Shown: piece by piece, positions 1-10,225 of the stretch
Layout of the letters: the number at the start of each line of letters is the position of its first letter
How positions within the stretch are numbered: the first letter of the stretch is position 1
DNA from: Candidatus Poribacteria bacterium
Lineage (GTDB): Bacteria; Poribacteria; WGA-4E; WGA-3G
Direction: 5' to 3'
Length of the DNA: 64,000 bases
NCBI GenBank assembly: GCA_965214095.1
Contig: OZ243938.1
Coordinates: forward strand, 4,192,001 to 4,256,000
The notes under the pieces: model-generated
The model's database searches: none
The model's input: only the letters and a program-made list of their open reading frames with translations
What the model was told of the DNA's origin: nothing
Program-made: the position numbers and the translations under genes

Positions 1-1805
1 AAATTACCTAGAATTGCCCCACGTCCAACACCCCACATGACGTTTGTAAAAAGTGGGTCGTCCAGGGGAATGTATGATCCTTCTTCAAGTTTTGCTAAGG
101 GAGAAAATGGTGAACGAAATAGCGGTTGACCGCTCTCATTTCGCCTGAAAGTAAACCCACTATCCGAAGGTACACCTTGTGCTTTAATGTCAATATTTGG
201 ACTGAATCCTAAAGCAGGTTCAAAGTTGGCACCTAACATAAATGCATCAGGTGCTGATAGAATATCAAGAAATAGGTTTGATGTTCCTGGTGTATTAAAG
301 GCACGGTTATATGTCAACCTAATGTTATGATCATCGTTTGGTTGGAATGCAAGTGCTGCTCTTGGTGAAAGGACGACATCGTTAAGGTGGTTGTGTGTAT
401 CTGCTCTACCAGCTGCAATCAGTTTAAGTTGTGGCAGGATTTTGGTTTCCGATTGAAGATAAACACCTATCTCATTAATGTTGTCGTTATCTTCGTTAAC
501 ACCGTTAATTGTGCCATCTGTATCGGGACGAGTGAGTAGGACATCTAATCCATAGGTAAAACGTTGGATATCAGCGATGCCATAACTGTGCTGAATCTGA
601 CCGACATATTGATTAGAATAATCAATGGTTGGTAGACCTGATCGTAGGATATAAGTTTCCCCCGCATCACTCATATTTACAAAGATCTGAGCGAAAAGAT
701 CTTTATAGATAAAACGAGTTTGACCATAAGTATAAAGCCATCCTTTTGCTTGACCAGCACCGATTCCAGTCAACTCAATGCCTGACGCATCTGTTCCGCC
801 GATGGAGAGAATCGCTGTCGTATCATCGTTGGGTTTATAGTCAATTCTACCTTCTAAACGAGTATAGGATGTATCAAACAAAGGTTCAAGTTTACCTTCA
901 AGATCCTCTTTTGCTCGACCTTCTTCCCAATCATTTCCACGTGTATAATTGGTAGTCAACTTATATCCGATTATGTCATTGATAACACCCGCATGTCTGA
1001 GTGAACCTGTGAGGATTTGACGTTCTCCACCACCAATACTCACAGTTGTTCCCTGTGATGTGAAAGGAGATCGAGTTAGTATATGCATCACACCGTTGGC
1101 ACTGTTTGGTCCGTATAATGCTGCACCAGGTCCAGAAACGACTTCAATTTGTTCTATGTCCTCGTTTATCGTAGGTATCATTGTGTATGCATTGACACGT
1201 AGTGATGGCACACTTGCGATACGATTGTCTACAAGGGATAGTAGGTTACCAGAAAAAACATTGTTGAAACCTCGGACAACAACATACGAGGTTCCAATAC
1301 CTGAAGTGACAATATCCACAGCACGCAATGATTTCATGTGTTCAGTAACACTCATTGCAACACGGTCTTGTATCTGTGAATCATCTAAAAGAGCTACCGA
1401 TGCGGGAGCTTCAAGTACTTTCTCTTTACGGCGCGATGCTGACACGGATACCTTATCCAGTTCAATGACATCAGACGAAAGTGTAATATCCAGAGATTTT
1501 GTTACATCTTCAGTAATCTCTACATTTGTCATTATACTATCAGTATACCCGGATGCATTTGCAGTAATTGTGTAAACACCCGCTGTCAAATCTGACAACT
1601 CAATTGTACCACTATCATCAGTCATCCCTTTTGTTGAATCACCTGTTTGTGGTTTGACGGTAACAGATACATTCTTTACTTGATTGCCAGTTTGTGCATC
1701 AGTCACTGTGATATTCAACTTAGCGGCTTGTGTAGTTATTGTTGAAGCACATAAAATAACGCAGCAGACAAAAACCATTAAACTAACTATTCTCAATCGA
1801 TCCAT
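1..1805 (-). CDS. TonB-dependent receptor with N-terminal carboxypeptidase-regulatory-like domain (runs off the window edge)
   Basis: Manual translation from the ATG at 1805 (SD GAAGGAG): signal peptide MDRLRIVSLMVFVCCVIL..., then plug motifs VSVSASRRKEKVLEAPASV, VRGFNNVFSGNLLSLVDNR and IEQIEVVSGPGAALYGPNSANGVMHILT. Absent from the ORF track because the stop lies outside the window. Confidence 0.9.
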   Translation of the reverse strand, partial: MDRLRIVSLMVFVCCVILCASTITTQAAKLNITVTDAQTGNQVKNVSVTVKPQTGDSTKGMTDDSGTIELSDLTAGVYTITANASGYTDSIMTNVEITEDVTKSLDITLSSDVIELDKVSVSASRRKEKVLEAPASVALLDDSQIQDRVAMSVTEHMKSLRAVDIVTSGIGTSYVVVRGFNNVFSGNLLSLVDNRIASVPSLRVNAYTMIPTINEDIEQIEVVSGPGAALYGPNSANGVMHILTRSPFTSQGTTVSIGGGERQILTGSLRHAGVINDIIGYKLTTNYTRGNDWEEGRAKEDLEGKLEPLFDTSYTRLEGRIDYKPNDDTTAILSIGGTDASGIELTGIGAGQAKGWLYTYGQTRFIYKDLFAQIFVNMSDAGETYILRSGLPTIDYSNQYVGQIQHSYGIADIQRFTYGLDVLLTRPDTDGTINGVNEDNDNINEIGVYLQSETKILPQLKLIAAGRADTHNHLNDVVLSPRAALAFQPNDDHNIRLTYNRAFNTPGTSNLFLDILSAPDAFMLGANFEPALGFSPNIDIKAQGVPSDSGFTFRRNESGQPLFRSPFSPLAKLEEGSYIPLDDPLFTNVMWGVGRGAILGN

Positions 1806-2006
1806 TCGATTATCTCCTTCGTTGAGTAACATTGGTGGTTGCTATCTGATTAGCAATAAGACCTTAGCCAATATTGAGTTAACAAAGTAACATAAATTAT
1901 CTATAGGAATTGATATTTACAACAATTCAATTGTAATGCAATAGTATTGCAAATCTGAATAGAAAAAGCAAATTTATTTCAAAGAACATATACAAAGTTT
2001 CAATTA

Positions 2007-2140
2007 TAGTGAAATGCAAAAATATGTACACACTCTCCGGTAGATGCGGTTTCCTAATTGCATCTATGTGACTGAATAAACATAGATTCGGTTAGGAAAC
2101 CGAACCTACCGTAGTGTGTAAATAATTATGGTTTTTACTA
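2007..2140. repeat. MITE-like element enclosing an inverted REP pair (REPIN)
   Basis: Imperfect ~28-bp terminal inverted repeats (TAGTGAAATGCAAAAATATGTACACACT / AGTGTGTAAATAATTATGGTTTTTACTA) surround CGGTAGATGCGGTTTCCTAATTGCATC and GATTCGGTTAGGAAACCGAACCTACCG. The left ~100 bp recurs at 23587. Confidence 0.75.
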
Positions 2141-2167
2141 CAAACGAAATTCTTTAAAATACAACAA

Positions 2168-3118
2168 TCATAGAAATTGTGCAATTTCCGCATGGGTTGG
2201 CAATGCAGGTATAACACCTACTTTCTGAGTTGCAAGTGCCCCTGCAGCATTCGCATACCGCATGATGTCATCAAGTTCATCATTTGTCAATGAGGATAAT
2301 TCGGTATGTTTGATCAGTTGTGATAGCATCGCAGCAACAAAAGCGTCACCTGCCCCAAGTGTATCCACGACTTCAACGGCATATCCATCTACATATCCAT
2401 CTACATTGCCATTTGTGTAATAGCAACCGCGTTCCCCTAAAGTGACAACAAGCAACTTCACGCCGAGTCCAAGTATCTGTTCAATACCAGCTGCCAATTC
2501 AGTATCACCTGTTATAAATTCCCATTCTTCCTCAGAAATCTTTACGACATCAGCATGCGGCATTACTTCCCAAATCCAATGTTTTGCATCGTTTGCATTA
2601 TCCCAAAGCATCAATCGCAAATTTGGATCATAGGAGATAAACGTATCGGTATCCTTTGCAGTCTGAATTGCCTTGAGTGTTGCCTCGCGCGTCGGGGAGT
2701 GGCTAAGACTGACAGACCCATAATGGAACAGGTCTGCGGATTTGATGTAATCTGTATCTATCTCATCTGGTGAGAGTTGTATATCTGCACCTGGATGACG
2801 ATAGAATGTAATATCTTTCATACCATCCGAACGTGTTGCGACGAATGCTAATGTTGTTCGGGAAGTCTCTCCTGCAATGAGATATTTAGTATCAACACTG
2901 TTCTGCTGGAGAGTTTCAGATAGGAAATCGCCAAATGGGTCAGCACCGACTTTTCCGATGAAACCTGCATCTATATCAAGTTTTGCCAAACCCACTGCAA
3001 CATTTGCTGGTGCACCCCCTGGTGCTTTGACAAATCCTGGTGCTTCAGCAAGGGTTACATCAGGCGTTGTGGATACGAAATCGATGAGAAGTTCACCGAT
3101 ACATAATGCTTTCGGCAT
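2168..3118 (-). CDS. PfkB-family carbohydrate kinase (fructokinase-like)
   Basis: GGAPANVA, YDPNLR and DTLGAGDAF motifs. Confidence 0.92.
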   Translation of the reverse strand: MPKALCIGELLIDFVSTTPDVTLAEAPGFVKAPGGAPANVAVGLAKLDIDAGFIGKVGADPFGDFLSETLQQNSVDTKYLIAGETSRTTLAFVATRSDGMKDITFYRHPGADIQLSPDEIDTDYIKSADLFHYGSVSLSHSPTREATLKAIQTAKDTDTFISYDPNLRLMLWDNANDAKHWIWEVMPHADVVKISEEEWEFITGDTELAAGIEQILGLGVKLLVVTLGERGCYYTNGNVDGYVDGYAVEVVDTLGAGDAFVAAMLSQLIKHTELSSLTNDELDDIMRYANAAGALATQKVGVIPALPTHAEIAQFL

Positions 3119-3172
3119 AAAGATTATTCCTCTAAAATGTTAACATAAGGATTGTGCGAATTGAGAGTCTGA

Positions 3173-5104
3173 TTACTTGTCCGACATTCTATCTTTTCGT
3201 AACTTGCCTCTGGGTACATCCCACAAAAGTACTGTGCCATCTGTACTGCAACTAGCAATCGTGTGACCATCGGGACTAAAGACGACTTGATTGACGATTG
3301 AACCATGTCCTATGAAATTCACTATTGGATCTCTGTCAGACACATCCCATACAGTCACTGTTCCGTCTTTATTAGCACTTGCGATTGTCCGACCATCTGG
3401 ACTGAAACTGACATTTTCAACCCACCCACCTGTTGCCCCTTTGAGTGTTTTCGTGATTCCAAACATTCCAACAGGATGTAGGTGTACCTCATTGTGACCA
3501 CCGGTCACTATTGTTCTACCATTTGGTGCAAAACTCACACCAGATCCCAGATTATGTCCAATGATTCTTGAACGTCTTCCAGTGACAGCATTCCATAATT
3601 TTAACTTGTTCGTATCAGTTACGATTTTTCGTCCATTTGGGGAAAAACTAAGGCTGCCAACAAACTTGTCATTCTGTAGTGTTTTTAGGTGTTCACCAGT
3701 GTTAGCATCCCACAAGAACACATTAGTGTCAAGACCACCGCTTGCGATTATTCGACCATCAGGGGAAAAACGCACACTTAAAACTATGTTCTCATGTCCT
3801 TTGAGAGTTCTTCTAAGTCTTCCAGTTTCTACATCCCACAAACGCACCGTTTTATCCGAACTACCAGTCGCAAGTATTTTGCTATCTGGAGAAAAATGGA
3901 CGCTTTCGACTCTGGAGACATGTCGATCAAAGGTGGTGCTCAGACTTCCAGTAGTTGCATCCCATATCCGTATCATTCGATCGTCGCTACCGGTTGCGAT
4001 TTTTAGACCATCTGGCGAAAAATGGACGCTATGAACTCTGCCGGTATACCCTTTTAATGTCTTACGAAGTTCCCCCGTTTCAATATCCCAAAAATGAATC
4101 TCGTTTTCGCTTGCACTTGCAAGGGTTTTCCCATCCGGTGAAAAACGAATGTTCTTAACATTCCCATTTGGTGGTTCAAGAGAGTTTATGAGTTCCCCCG
4201 TTTCAATATCCCAAAAACGCACCTCACGATAGTTAGCACTTGCTAAGGTTTTTCCATCTGGCGAGAAACTTACGCTTTCGATCCCAGCAGAAGAGGAATG
4301 CGCATTTAACGTTTTGATTTGTTTGCCTGTTGTAACATTCCAAAAACGCACACTATTATCTTTACAAGCACTCACGAGAGTCTTCCCATCTGGAGAAAAA
4401 CTGATGCTCGTTACTTCACCTTTATGTTCCTTAATCGTATGTAGGGTTGTGCCAGTAAGAACATCCCATAAATACAACGTGGTGCTTCCTGTATAGTTTT
4501 CGCTTTCGGTTCCAGTGGCTAGTATGCGACCATCTGGCGAAAATCTGATACAAGTATAAGGCTTGGTGTGTCTCTTTGATCCTTTGAGATGTTCTCCTGT
4601 TGCGGTATTCCACAAATTCAGGTGTCCATCATAACCACCAGTAGCGAGTATTGTTCCGTCCGGGGAGAAACTCATAGCAGTAACCATTAATGAATGTCCA
4701 TCCAAGGTGTGTAAGAGTTCTCCAGTAGTAGTGTTCCATAAATGTATAGAACCATTATAATTACCTGATGCGACTCTGGTGCCATCCTGCGAAATGCTTC
4801 CACTATAAACAAAATCGGTATGTTTCGTAAACAGTGACAGTTCTTGAAGAGTCTCGGCATCATATAGCCAGACACCGATAGAAGAAAAAATAGCGAGGCG
4901 AGTTCCATCTCCCGAATATTCAATTCCTTGTATTCCGCCTTTACCGAGGCGTGCTTTGGCTCCCCCAGGCAAACTGAACTGGGTTGCCGGTGAATAATTG
5001 GTTTCTAACGGTTTTGGAAGACGCGGGTTCTGTTGACAGGCAGAAATACCTACAAGAATCAGGAATCCAAAAAATATAACGATTTTCTTTGTATGGGTGA
5101 ACAT
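3173..5104 (-). CDS. WD40-repeat beta-propeller lipoprotein
   Basis: Many GH...FSPDG...WD repeats; lipobox-like GISAC after a hydrophobic stretch. Start moved to MFTHTKK (5104) to avoid overlap with the upstream gene. Confidence 0.9.
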   Translation of the reverse strand: MFTHTKKIVIFFGFLILVGISACQQNPRLPKPLETNYSPATQFSLPGGAKARLGKGGIQGIEYSGDGTRLAIFSSIGVWLYDAETLQELSLFTKHTDFVYSGSISQDGTRVASGNYNGSIHLWNTTTGELLHTLDGHSLMVTAMSFSPDGTILATGGYDGHLNLWNTATGEHLKGSKRHTKPYTCIRFSPDGRILATGTESENYTGSTTLYLWDVLTGTTLHTIKEHKGEVTSISFSPDGKTLVSACKDNSVRFWNVTTGKQIKTLNAHSSSAGIESVSFSPDGKTLASANYREVRFWDIETGELINSLEPPNGNVKNIRFSPDGKTLASASENEIHFWDIETGELRKTLKGYTGRVHSVHFSPDGLKIATGSDDRMIRIWDATTGSLSTTFDRHVSRVESVHFSPDSKILATGSSDKTVRLWDVETGRLRRTLKGHENIVLSVRFSPDGRIIASGGLDTNVFLWDANTGEHLKTLQNDKFVGSLSFSPNGRKIVTDTNKLKLWNAVTGRRSRIIGHNLGSGVSFAPNGRTIVTGGHNEVHLHPVGMFGITKTLKGATGGWVENVSFSPDGRTIASANKDGTVTVWDVSDRDPIVNFIGHGSIVNQVVFSPDGHTIASCSTDGTVLLWDVPRGKLRKDRMSDK

Positions 5105-5132
5105 AGTATTCCTTTTATGCCAATGGACAATT

Positions 5133-6215
5133 TCAAAATGTAGTACGTAACGTTTGAGCGTGACCTGTTTGTGCAGATCGGTATCCTGCATCAAATATCT
5201 CAATAACATGCCGTGCGTGTTCAGCAGTCACGATGGATGGTTTGTCATCGCGAATCCAATCAACAAGTTGCATGATGTCTTCAAAAACATGTGCTTCCTG
5301 TATACTTCTATGTGGACCAATTACGTGTGGCAATTCCCTTTTTGGTGCATCAATCGGATTTCCGTTGATTGTGCTTCCCTCAATGGAACCAGTAGTGCCA
5401 TTTATTGCCAATCCACCTCGGATAGCGTGTCCTGCTGCTGCGCCATATATGAAACCGAAGAACGCTTCACCGAAATCAAGCAATATAAAGGTGTTATCGT
5501 CCATGTCGCACGGTAGCATTTCACCGCGGAATTCACGTTCCTTCACGCGCACCCCAGAGAAAGCAGTTACCCTTTTGACAGGACCGAGGATACCTGTCAT
5601 CGTATGTAATCCGTAAACGGTCATATCGTATAGAGGGCCACCACCCGGTTTTCGGAAATACCATGCAGGATTGATATTAGAAAGGACATCATCCCCTTGT
5701 CGGACAGATTCGCTTTCGTGGTATCTACCGAAGGATGAACCTGTTGCTGCCCATGTTAACGTACCGATTGCCCCATCTTCAATTAGTCTTTTTATCTCTT
5801 GATGAATAGGTCGTAGCATCTGACCTGGTGATGCGACTAATTTGACTCCCTTTCGTGCGGCAGATTCAATCAAATCATCTGCTTCATCAACAGTGGTTGT
5901 CATTGTTTTATTGAAATGTGCATGTAGACCGTGTTCTATGGCGAGTTTTCCTTGCTCATAATGAAGTCCAATAGGTGATGCAATAGAGACTGCGTCTATA
6001 TGTCCATCTGCTAATAGTTCTTCAAAAGTTTGGTATGCATGCGGCACATTGAATTTTTCGGCTGCAGCTTGTGCTCTACCGGGAATAGGATCGCAGACAG
6101 CGGTGACCTTTAGTCTGTCTTGCACATCGTCCTGTGTGAGATGCGGGAGGATTCCCCTCACGGATATACTGCCTACACCAATTACACCGATACGTACTAT
6201 GTTGTTAGTTGCCAA
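5133..6215 (-). CDS. Gfo/Idh/MocA family oxidoreductase
   Basis: RIGVIGVGSI Rossmann motif, DAVSIASPIGLH and GGGPLYDMTVY. Probable TTG start after GAGGA. Confidence 0.88.
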   Translation of the reverse strand: MATNNIVRIGVIGVGSISVRGILPHLTQDDVQDRLKVTAVCDPIPGRAQAAAEKFNVPHAYQTFEELLADGHIDAVSIASPIGLHYEQGKLAIEHGLHAHFNKTMTTTVDEADDLIESAARKGVKLVASPGQMLRPIHQEIKRLIEDGAIGTLTWAATGSSFGRYHESESVRQGDDVLSNINPAWYFRKPGGGPLYDMTVYGLHTMTGILGPVKRVTAFSGVRVKEREFRGEMLPCDMDDNTFILLDFGEAFFGFIYGAAAGHAIRGGLAINGTTGSIEGSTINGNPIDAPKRELPHVIGPHRSIQEAHVFEDIMQLVDWIRDDKPSIVTAEHARHVIEIFDAGYRSAQTGHAQTLRTTF

Positions 6216-7101
6216 GATATTTCCTCCACGAAGTTTCATGTTGCCACCCAACAGTGTTTTTGAGTTTATCGCAATTGAAAAACGATTGATATCCTTCTAA
6301 CGATTTGACTTTTGGGAGGAATTCAGGTTTAAATCGTTCAACGAGTTCAAGTGATGGTTCTAAAGCAACTGTATCATCTGCATTTAATAGATAAACATCG
6401 TGGGGTGGTAGTGTGTCTGCTTTTTCCATTATCATACGATGTGCACTTGCTACATCTTCACTTCCAACCCAACACCAGAGCCATGGTGTCCATCCGCTTG
6501 TTGGTTTGGCATTTTCTGCAATCTGCTTTCTTCGTTCTTCTGGCGTGATTCCTGCAGGACGGGTCATATAGGTTCGGATACCGTAGGCACGTGTATAACT
6601 GGCAAGTAAATCTTCACCACAACGTTTGGAGAAGCTGTAAGAATCCTCGGGATAGCAAGGGTGTTCTTCATCAAGGGGAAGGTAGTCTATTGGAATGTGT
6701 GTTTTGCTGATACGGAAACCGTGTCCAAATGCGCAGTTGCTACCGGACATGACGATAGTCTTCACATCTGCTTCAATTGCGGCTTGTAGTAGATAATATG
6801 TTCCGAGCATGTTGGTTTTGAATGTTGCATCAAATTGAACACCTTGCTCCTCAGCACGTGGTCGTAAATCGGGGTGGTCAACAGGGTTTGGTTGTGCACC
6901 GAGGTGTTGAATTGCATCTACACCTTCAACGGCACGTTGACAGTCTTCAAAGTTGTTTAAGTCACCTTGAATAAAGGGGATGTTTGCGAATTCATCGGGA
7001 GGTTGTCTGCGTGACATGAGGACGAGTGTGTGTCGCTCTGCTAAATCTCGAATAACATAGGGACCGAGGCGACCACTTGCACCAGTGATTAGAACTTTCA
7101 T
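6205..7101 (-). CDS. NAD-dependent epimerase/dehydratase (extended SDR)
   Basis: ITGASGRLG and YSFSK (YxxxK) motifs. Confidence 0.88.
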   Translation of the reverse strand: MKVLITGASGRLGPYVIRDLAERHTLVLMSRRQPPDEFANIPFIQGDLNNFEDCQRAVEGVDAIQHLGAQPNPVDHPDLRPRAEEQGVQFDATFKTNMLGTYYLLQAAIEADVKTIVMSGSNCAFGHGFRISKTHIPIDYLPLDEEHPCYPEDSYSFSKRCGEDLLASYTRAYGIRTYMTRPAGITPEERRKQIAENAKPTSGWTPWLWCWVGSEDVASAHRMIMEKADTLPPHDVYLLNADDTVALEPSLELVERFKPEFLPKVKSLEGYQSFFNCDKLKNTVGWQHETSWRKYLGN

Positions 7102-7228
7102 ATAATACCTTTCTTGTCTGACGAAAAATATCGGAGTCAGATTAGGGATTAGTGTGTAGATTTGAATGGTATTATAGCAGTGGTAAATTTTTTGTCAAGT
7201 GAATGGAATTTATGCATTTATTCAAAGA

Positions 7229-7882
7229 TTATACTGAACGTTCAATTGACCAATGCCTATCAGTGCTTTGGACTACTGTTGCACCCGGCATGTCCATCCT
7301 GGATAGCATCTGATTGACTTCGGCAATGGTGAATGCTGCGAGGAAGGAATCGTAATAGAGTTTCTGCTGGTAGGGGGTGTCATCAGCGGCATAACGATCA
7401 ACGAATGCTTGGGCATCTGCTGGCGTTTCGGGGCGAATGAGATCGCGAATTAACACGACACCATTGGGTTTTACAACTCTACCCATTTCTTGTAGTGCTT
7501 TCTCAGCATCATGAATGTGATGTACGATGCTATTGGAGATGAGTCCGTCAAATCCGTTGTCTGGGTAGGGCAAGACTTTTGCATCAATTATTTCAAGTGT
7601 AATGCGATCCGTTAGATTGGCATCTTCAACGTGTCGTTTTGCAATTTTCAACATCTCTTTTGATAGATCAATTGCAGTGATTTGTATTTTTGGACATTTT
7701 TGTGCAAGTAGGATAGGGATTTGTGCTGGACCTGTGCCGACATCAAGGTAGTGTCCTGCATCTGCCCCGAGTTCAATAACCCGATTGACGAATGCTTCGT
7801 CTACTTCACCGTGCTCCATTGCATCGTATTCTGCTGCGGCTTCCACTGTGTCCATTACTTCTTGTTCAACTATTCGTTTCAT
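7229..7882 (-). CDS. Class I SAM-dependent methyltransferase
   Basis: LDVGTGPA motif I, AIDLS motif and SIVHHIHD. Confidence 0.9.
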   Translation of the reverse strand: MKRIVEQEVMDTVEAAAEYDAMEHGEVDEAFVNRVIELGADAGHYLDVGTGPAQIPILLAQKCPKIQITAIDLSKEMLKIAKRHVEDANLTDRITLEIIDAKVLPYPDNGFDGLISNSIVHHIHDAEKALQEMGRVVKPNGVVLIRDLIRPETPADAQAFVDRYAADDTPYQQKLYYDSFLAAFTIAEVNQMLSRMDMPGATVVQSTDRHWSIERSV

Positions 7883-8152
7883 GTTCTATCTTTCTAATGA
7901 GTTCAGTTACAGTGACAGCGTTTTGCTGAATCTGGTCTGGTTGAAATCGGGTATACATCCCGATGGCCATTGCATCATTCGGTTTGATATTCTCAAGCGC
8001 GAATCTAAATGCCTCGTTTGGTTCGTTTCTACCTGCTGCCAATACCTTTATGGCGATTATTGGCGTTGGTATGGCTTGTATTGTTGAGATTGCAATATCG
8101 CGGTCAGCGGATAGATACATTTCTCTGTGTTTGGTATGATTATATAACGCAC

Positions 8153-9640
8153 CATAGGCGTCAATTTAAGGATGCACCAAGACCGATAAGTGTCAACTTT
8201 TAATCAGAGGAAGTATAAATTATGAAATAAAACTTCTGTAAAAATGAAAACACCTCATATATAATGTAGATATAGATTTATTATGGTCTACAAAGAGGTG
8301 TTTCCTAATGAATACATTATCACAAGTTCCCAAAGAAATGCAACATATTCTTACAACTATAGCCAATGATGCAGCTCTCAATACAGGTTTTGTCAAAAGA
8401 AGTTGTAAACTCAACGGTAGTCGTTTTGCTCAAATACTCATTTGGACTTGGTTAGAAAACCCAGATGCCACCTATACACAACTTGCGCAAACCGCTGGTG
8501 TGCTGGGGATTTCAATCTCACGACAAGCCATTGAACAACGATTTACATCTGAAGCAGCAGAGACCCTGAAAGTTATCCTTGATGCTACTGCGTCCAAGGT
8601 TATTTCTGCCGACCCGCAAACGCTTCCGCTCCTTGAAAAGTTCACTGGTGTCTATTTACAAGATAGTTCTTGGATTACACTCCCTGATGTGCTCCACGAA
8701 ACTTGGGAAGGTGGAAGCAAAAAGAATAAACCGAACACAGCTGCCGTGAAACTCCACCTGCGTTTTGATAGTGCCACAGGCACTTTTGAACACTTTGAAC
8801 TGACCAATGGTATCACCGCTGATAGTGCTATTGAAAAGCAGATTGACATGCTACCCGCCGGCAGTTTGCGCCTCGCAGACCTCGGCTATTATTCACTTGA
8901 TACCTTCAAAAGACTTTCCGATGCAAACGTCTTTTGGATATCACGCTACAAAGTCCAGTGTTTTCTCTATGATGAAACAGGTGACCCTTTTTGTTTGCTA
9001 AAATGGCTCAAGAAGGGTTCTAATAACTTCAAGGACAAACAAATCTTTATAGGTAAAAACAAGCGTCTCAAAGCACGATTAGTTGTTCAAAGACTTTCAG
9101 AAACAGAAACCCAACAGCGTATTAAGGAGATAAAACATCGTGCAAAGCGGAAGTATACGAAACCTTCACCCAAACGACTTCAGCTCGCAAGATGGAATAT
9201 CTACATTACTAATATAAAAGTAGACCATCTGACTGCTGAACAGATTTGTGCTGTCGCACGCATCCGATGGCAGGTTGAGTTGATGTTCAAGTGCTTCAAA
9301 AGCATTGGAAAAGTTGATACCTCCCGTAGCGACAAGCCATATAGAATCTTATGTGAGTTATATGCAAAACTCATCGTCGCAATTATGCGGCACTGGATCA
9401 TGTTAAGGGTCGGTTGGCGATGTCTAAAACATAGTCTAACAAAAACAGCAGAACTTATTAGCACCTTCGCACGCACACTTGCAATAGGTTTCCGCAAGTC
9501 TATAATGTCTTTTCGGCAAACTTTTGATGAAATAAAACACGCTTTCCAAAATGGGTGCTACATTGAGAGACGTGCTAATAGAGACACAACATTAGAACAC
9601 CTTGAAAATGCAGCAAAAAATCACTAAATTGACGCCTATG
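8153..9640 (+). mobile_element. IS4-family insertion sequence (1488 bp)
   Basis: Perfect 16-bp TIRs CATAGGCGTCAATTTA (8153-8168) / TAAATTGACGCCTATG (9625-9640). Flanking 20-bp direct repeat GGTATGATTATATAACGCAC at 8133-8152 and 9641-9660. Confidence 0.95.
8308..9627 (+). CDS. IS4-family DDE transposase
   Basis: LQDSS, RLADLGY and RWQVELMFKCFK (DDE triad with a YREK-like motif). The stop codon lies inside the right TIR. Confidence 0.93.
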   Translation: MNTLSQVPKEMQHILTTIANDAALNTGFVKRSCKLNGSRFAQILIWTWLENPDATYTQLAQTAGVLGISISRQAIEQRFTSEAAETLKVILDATASKVISADPQTLPLLEKFTGVYLQDSSWITLPDVLHETWEGGSKKNKPNTAAVKLHLRFDSATGTFEHFELTNGITADSAIEKQIDMLPAGSLRLADLGYYSLDTFKRLSDANVFWISRYKVQCFLYDETGDPFCLLKWLKKGSNNFKDKQIFIGKNKRLKARLVVQRLSETETQQRIKEIKHRAKRKYTKPSPKRLQLARWNIYITNIKVDHLTAEQICAVARIRWQVELMFKCFKSIGKVDTSRSDKPYRILCELYAKLIVAIMRHWIMLRVGWRCLKHSLTKTAELISTFARTLAIGFRKSIMSFRQTFDEIKHAFQNGCYIERRANRDTTLEHLENAAKNH

Positions 9641-10225
9641 GGTATGATTATATAACGCACATACATAAAAGTCAACATCAAATCCTTCAGTATAGCAATG
9701 CTTTAATATATGTGGGTCGTGTGTTCCGATTCCAACTGCACAACCGAGTTCACGAATGCGTTTTAGGTTGTCATGAATTGTATGGAGTTTTCCTTCAGCA
9801 AACAACATGTCGGTTGTGCCACCGTGATGATAGATAGCAATGGGATTATATCGTTCGATGATTTGTAGATAATCGTTAAGACTGTTATATTCTGATGACT
9901 TTGGGGTTTGGGCAATCCACTGAATTTTACCACCAGTATTCCAATATTCATTGAGTGTACGCATAATATGCTTATCTGCACGAGCAAGCACGGTGTTGAT
10001 GCCATTCTGTTCTGCTTGTGTAAGGTCTGAAATTATTTGGTTTGTGGTATAGTAATCCTCCATTGCTTTTGAAGCAGCAATGGAATGGTGAGATATACCA
10101 CTATATGGATTCCCACCGATAATCAGACGGGTGATATGATGTGATGCGATTTGAATAGTTGGCAGTTTCACTGGTGGTTTTCCTCAATCTGTTGAAGGTG
10201 GATCAATTCCTATCCAAGTGTTTGT

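Larger units (their letters stand above)
7866..10171 (-). pseudogene. Conserved TIM-barrel (aldo/keto-reductase-like) gene split by an IS4 insertion
   Basis: N-part 10171-9641 (ITRLIIGGNPYSG...FYVCALYNHT) and C-part 8132-7866 (KHREMYLSADR...IAIKVLAAGR) join in frame once the IS and one copy of the 20-bp duplication are removed. Confidence 0.85.

Noticed and set aside
1060-1575. 171-aa plus-strand ORF
   Set aside because: Antisense shadow of the TonB-dependent receptor.
4040-4270. Near-identical DNA repeats within the WD40 gene (CCCCGTTTCAATATCCCAAAA)
   Set aside because: Explained by recent duplication of a WD40 blade; not a separate element.
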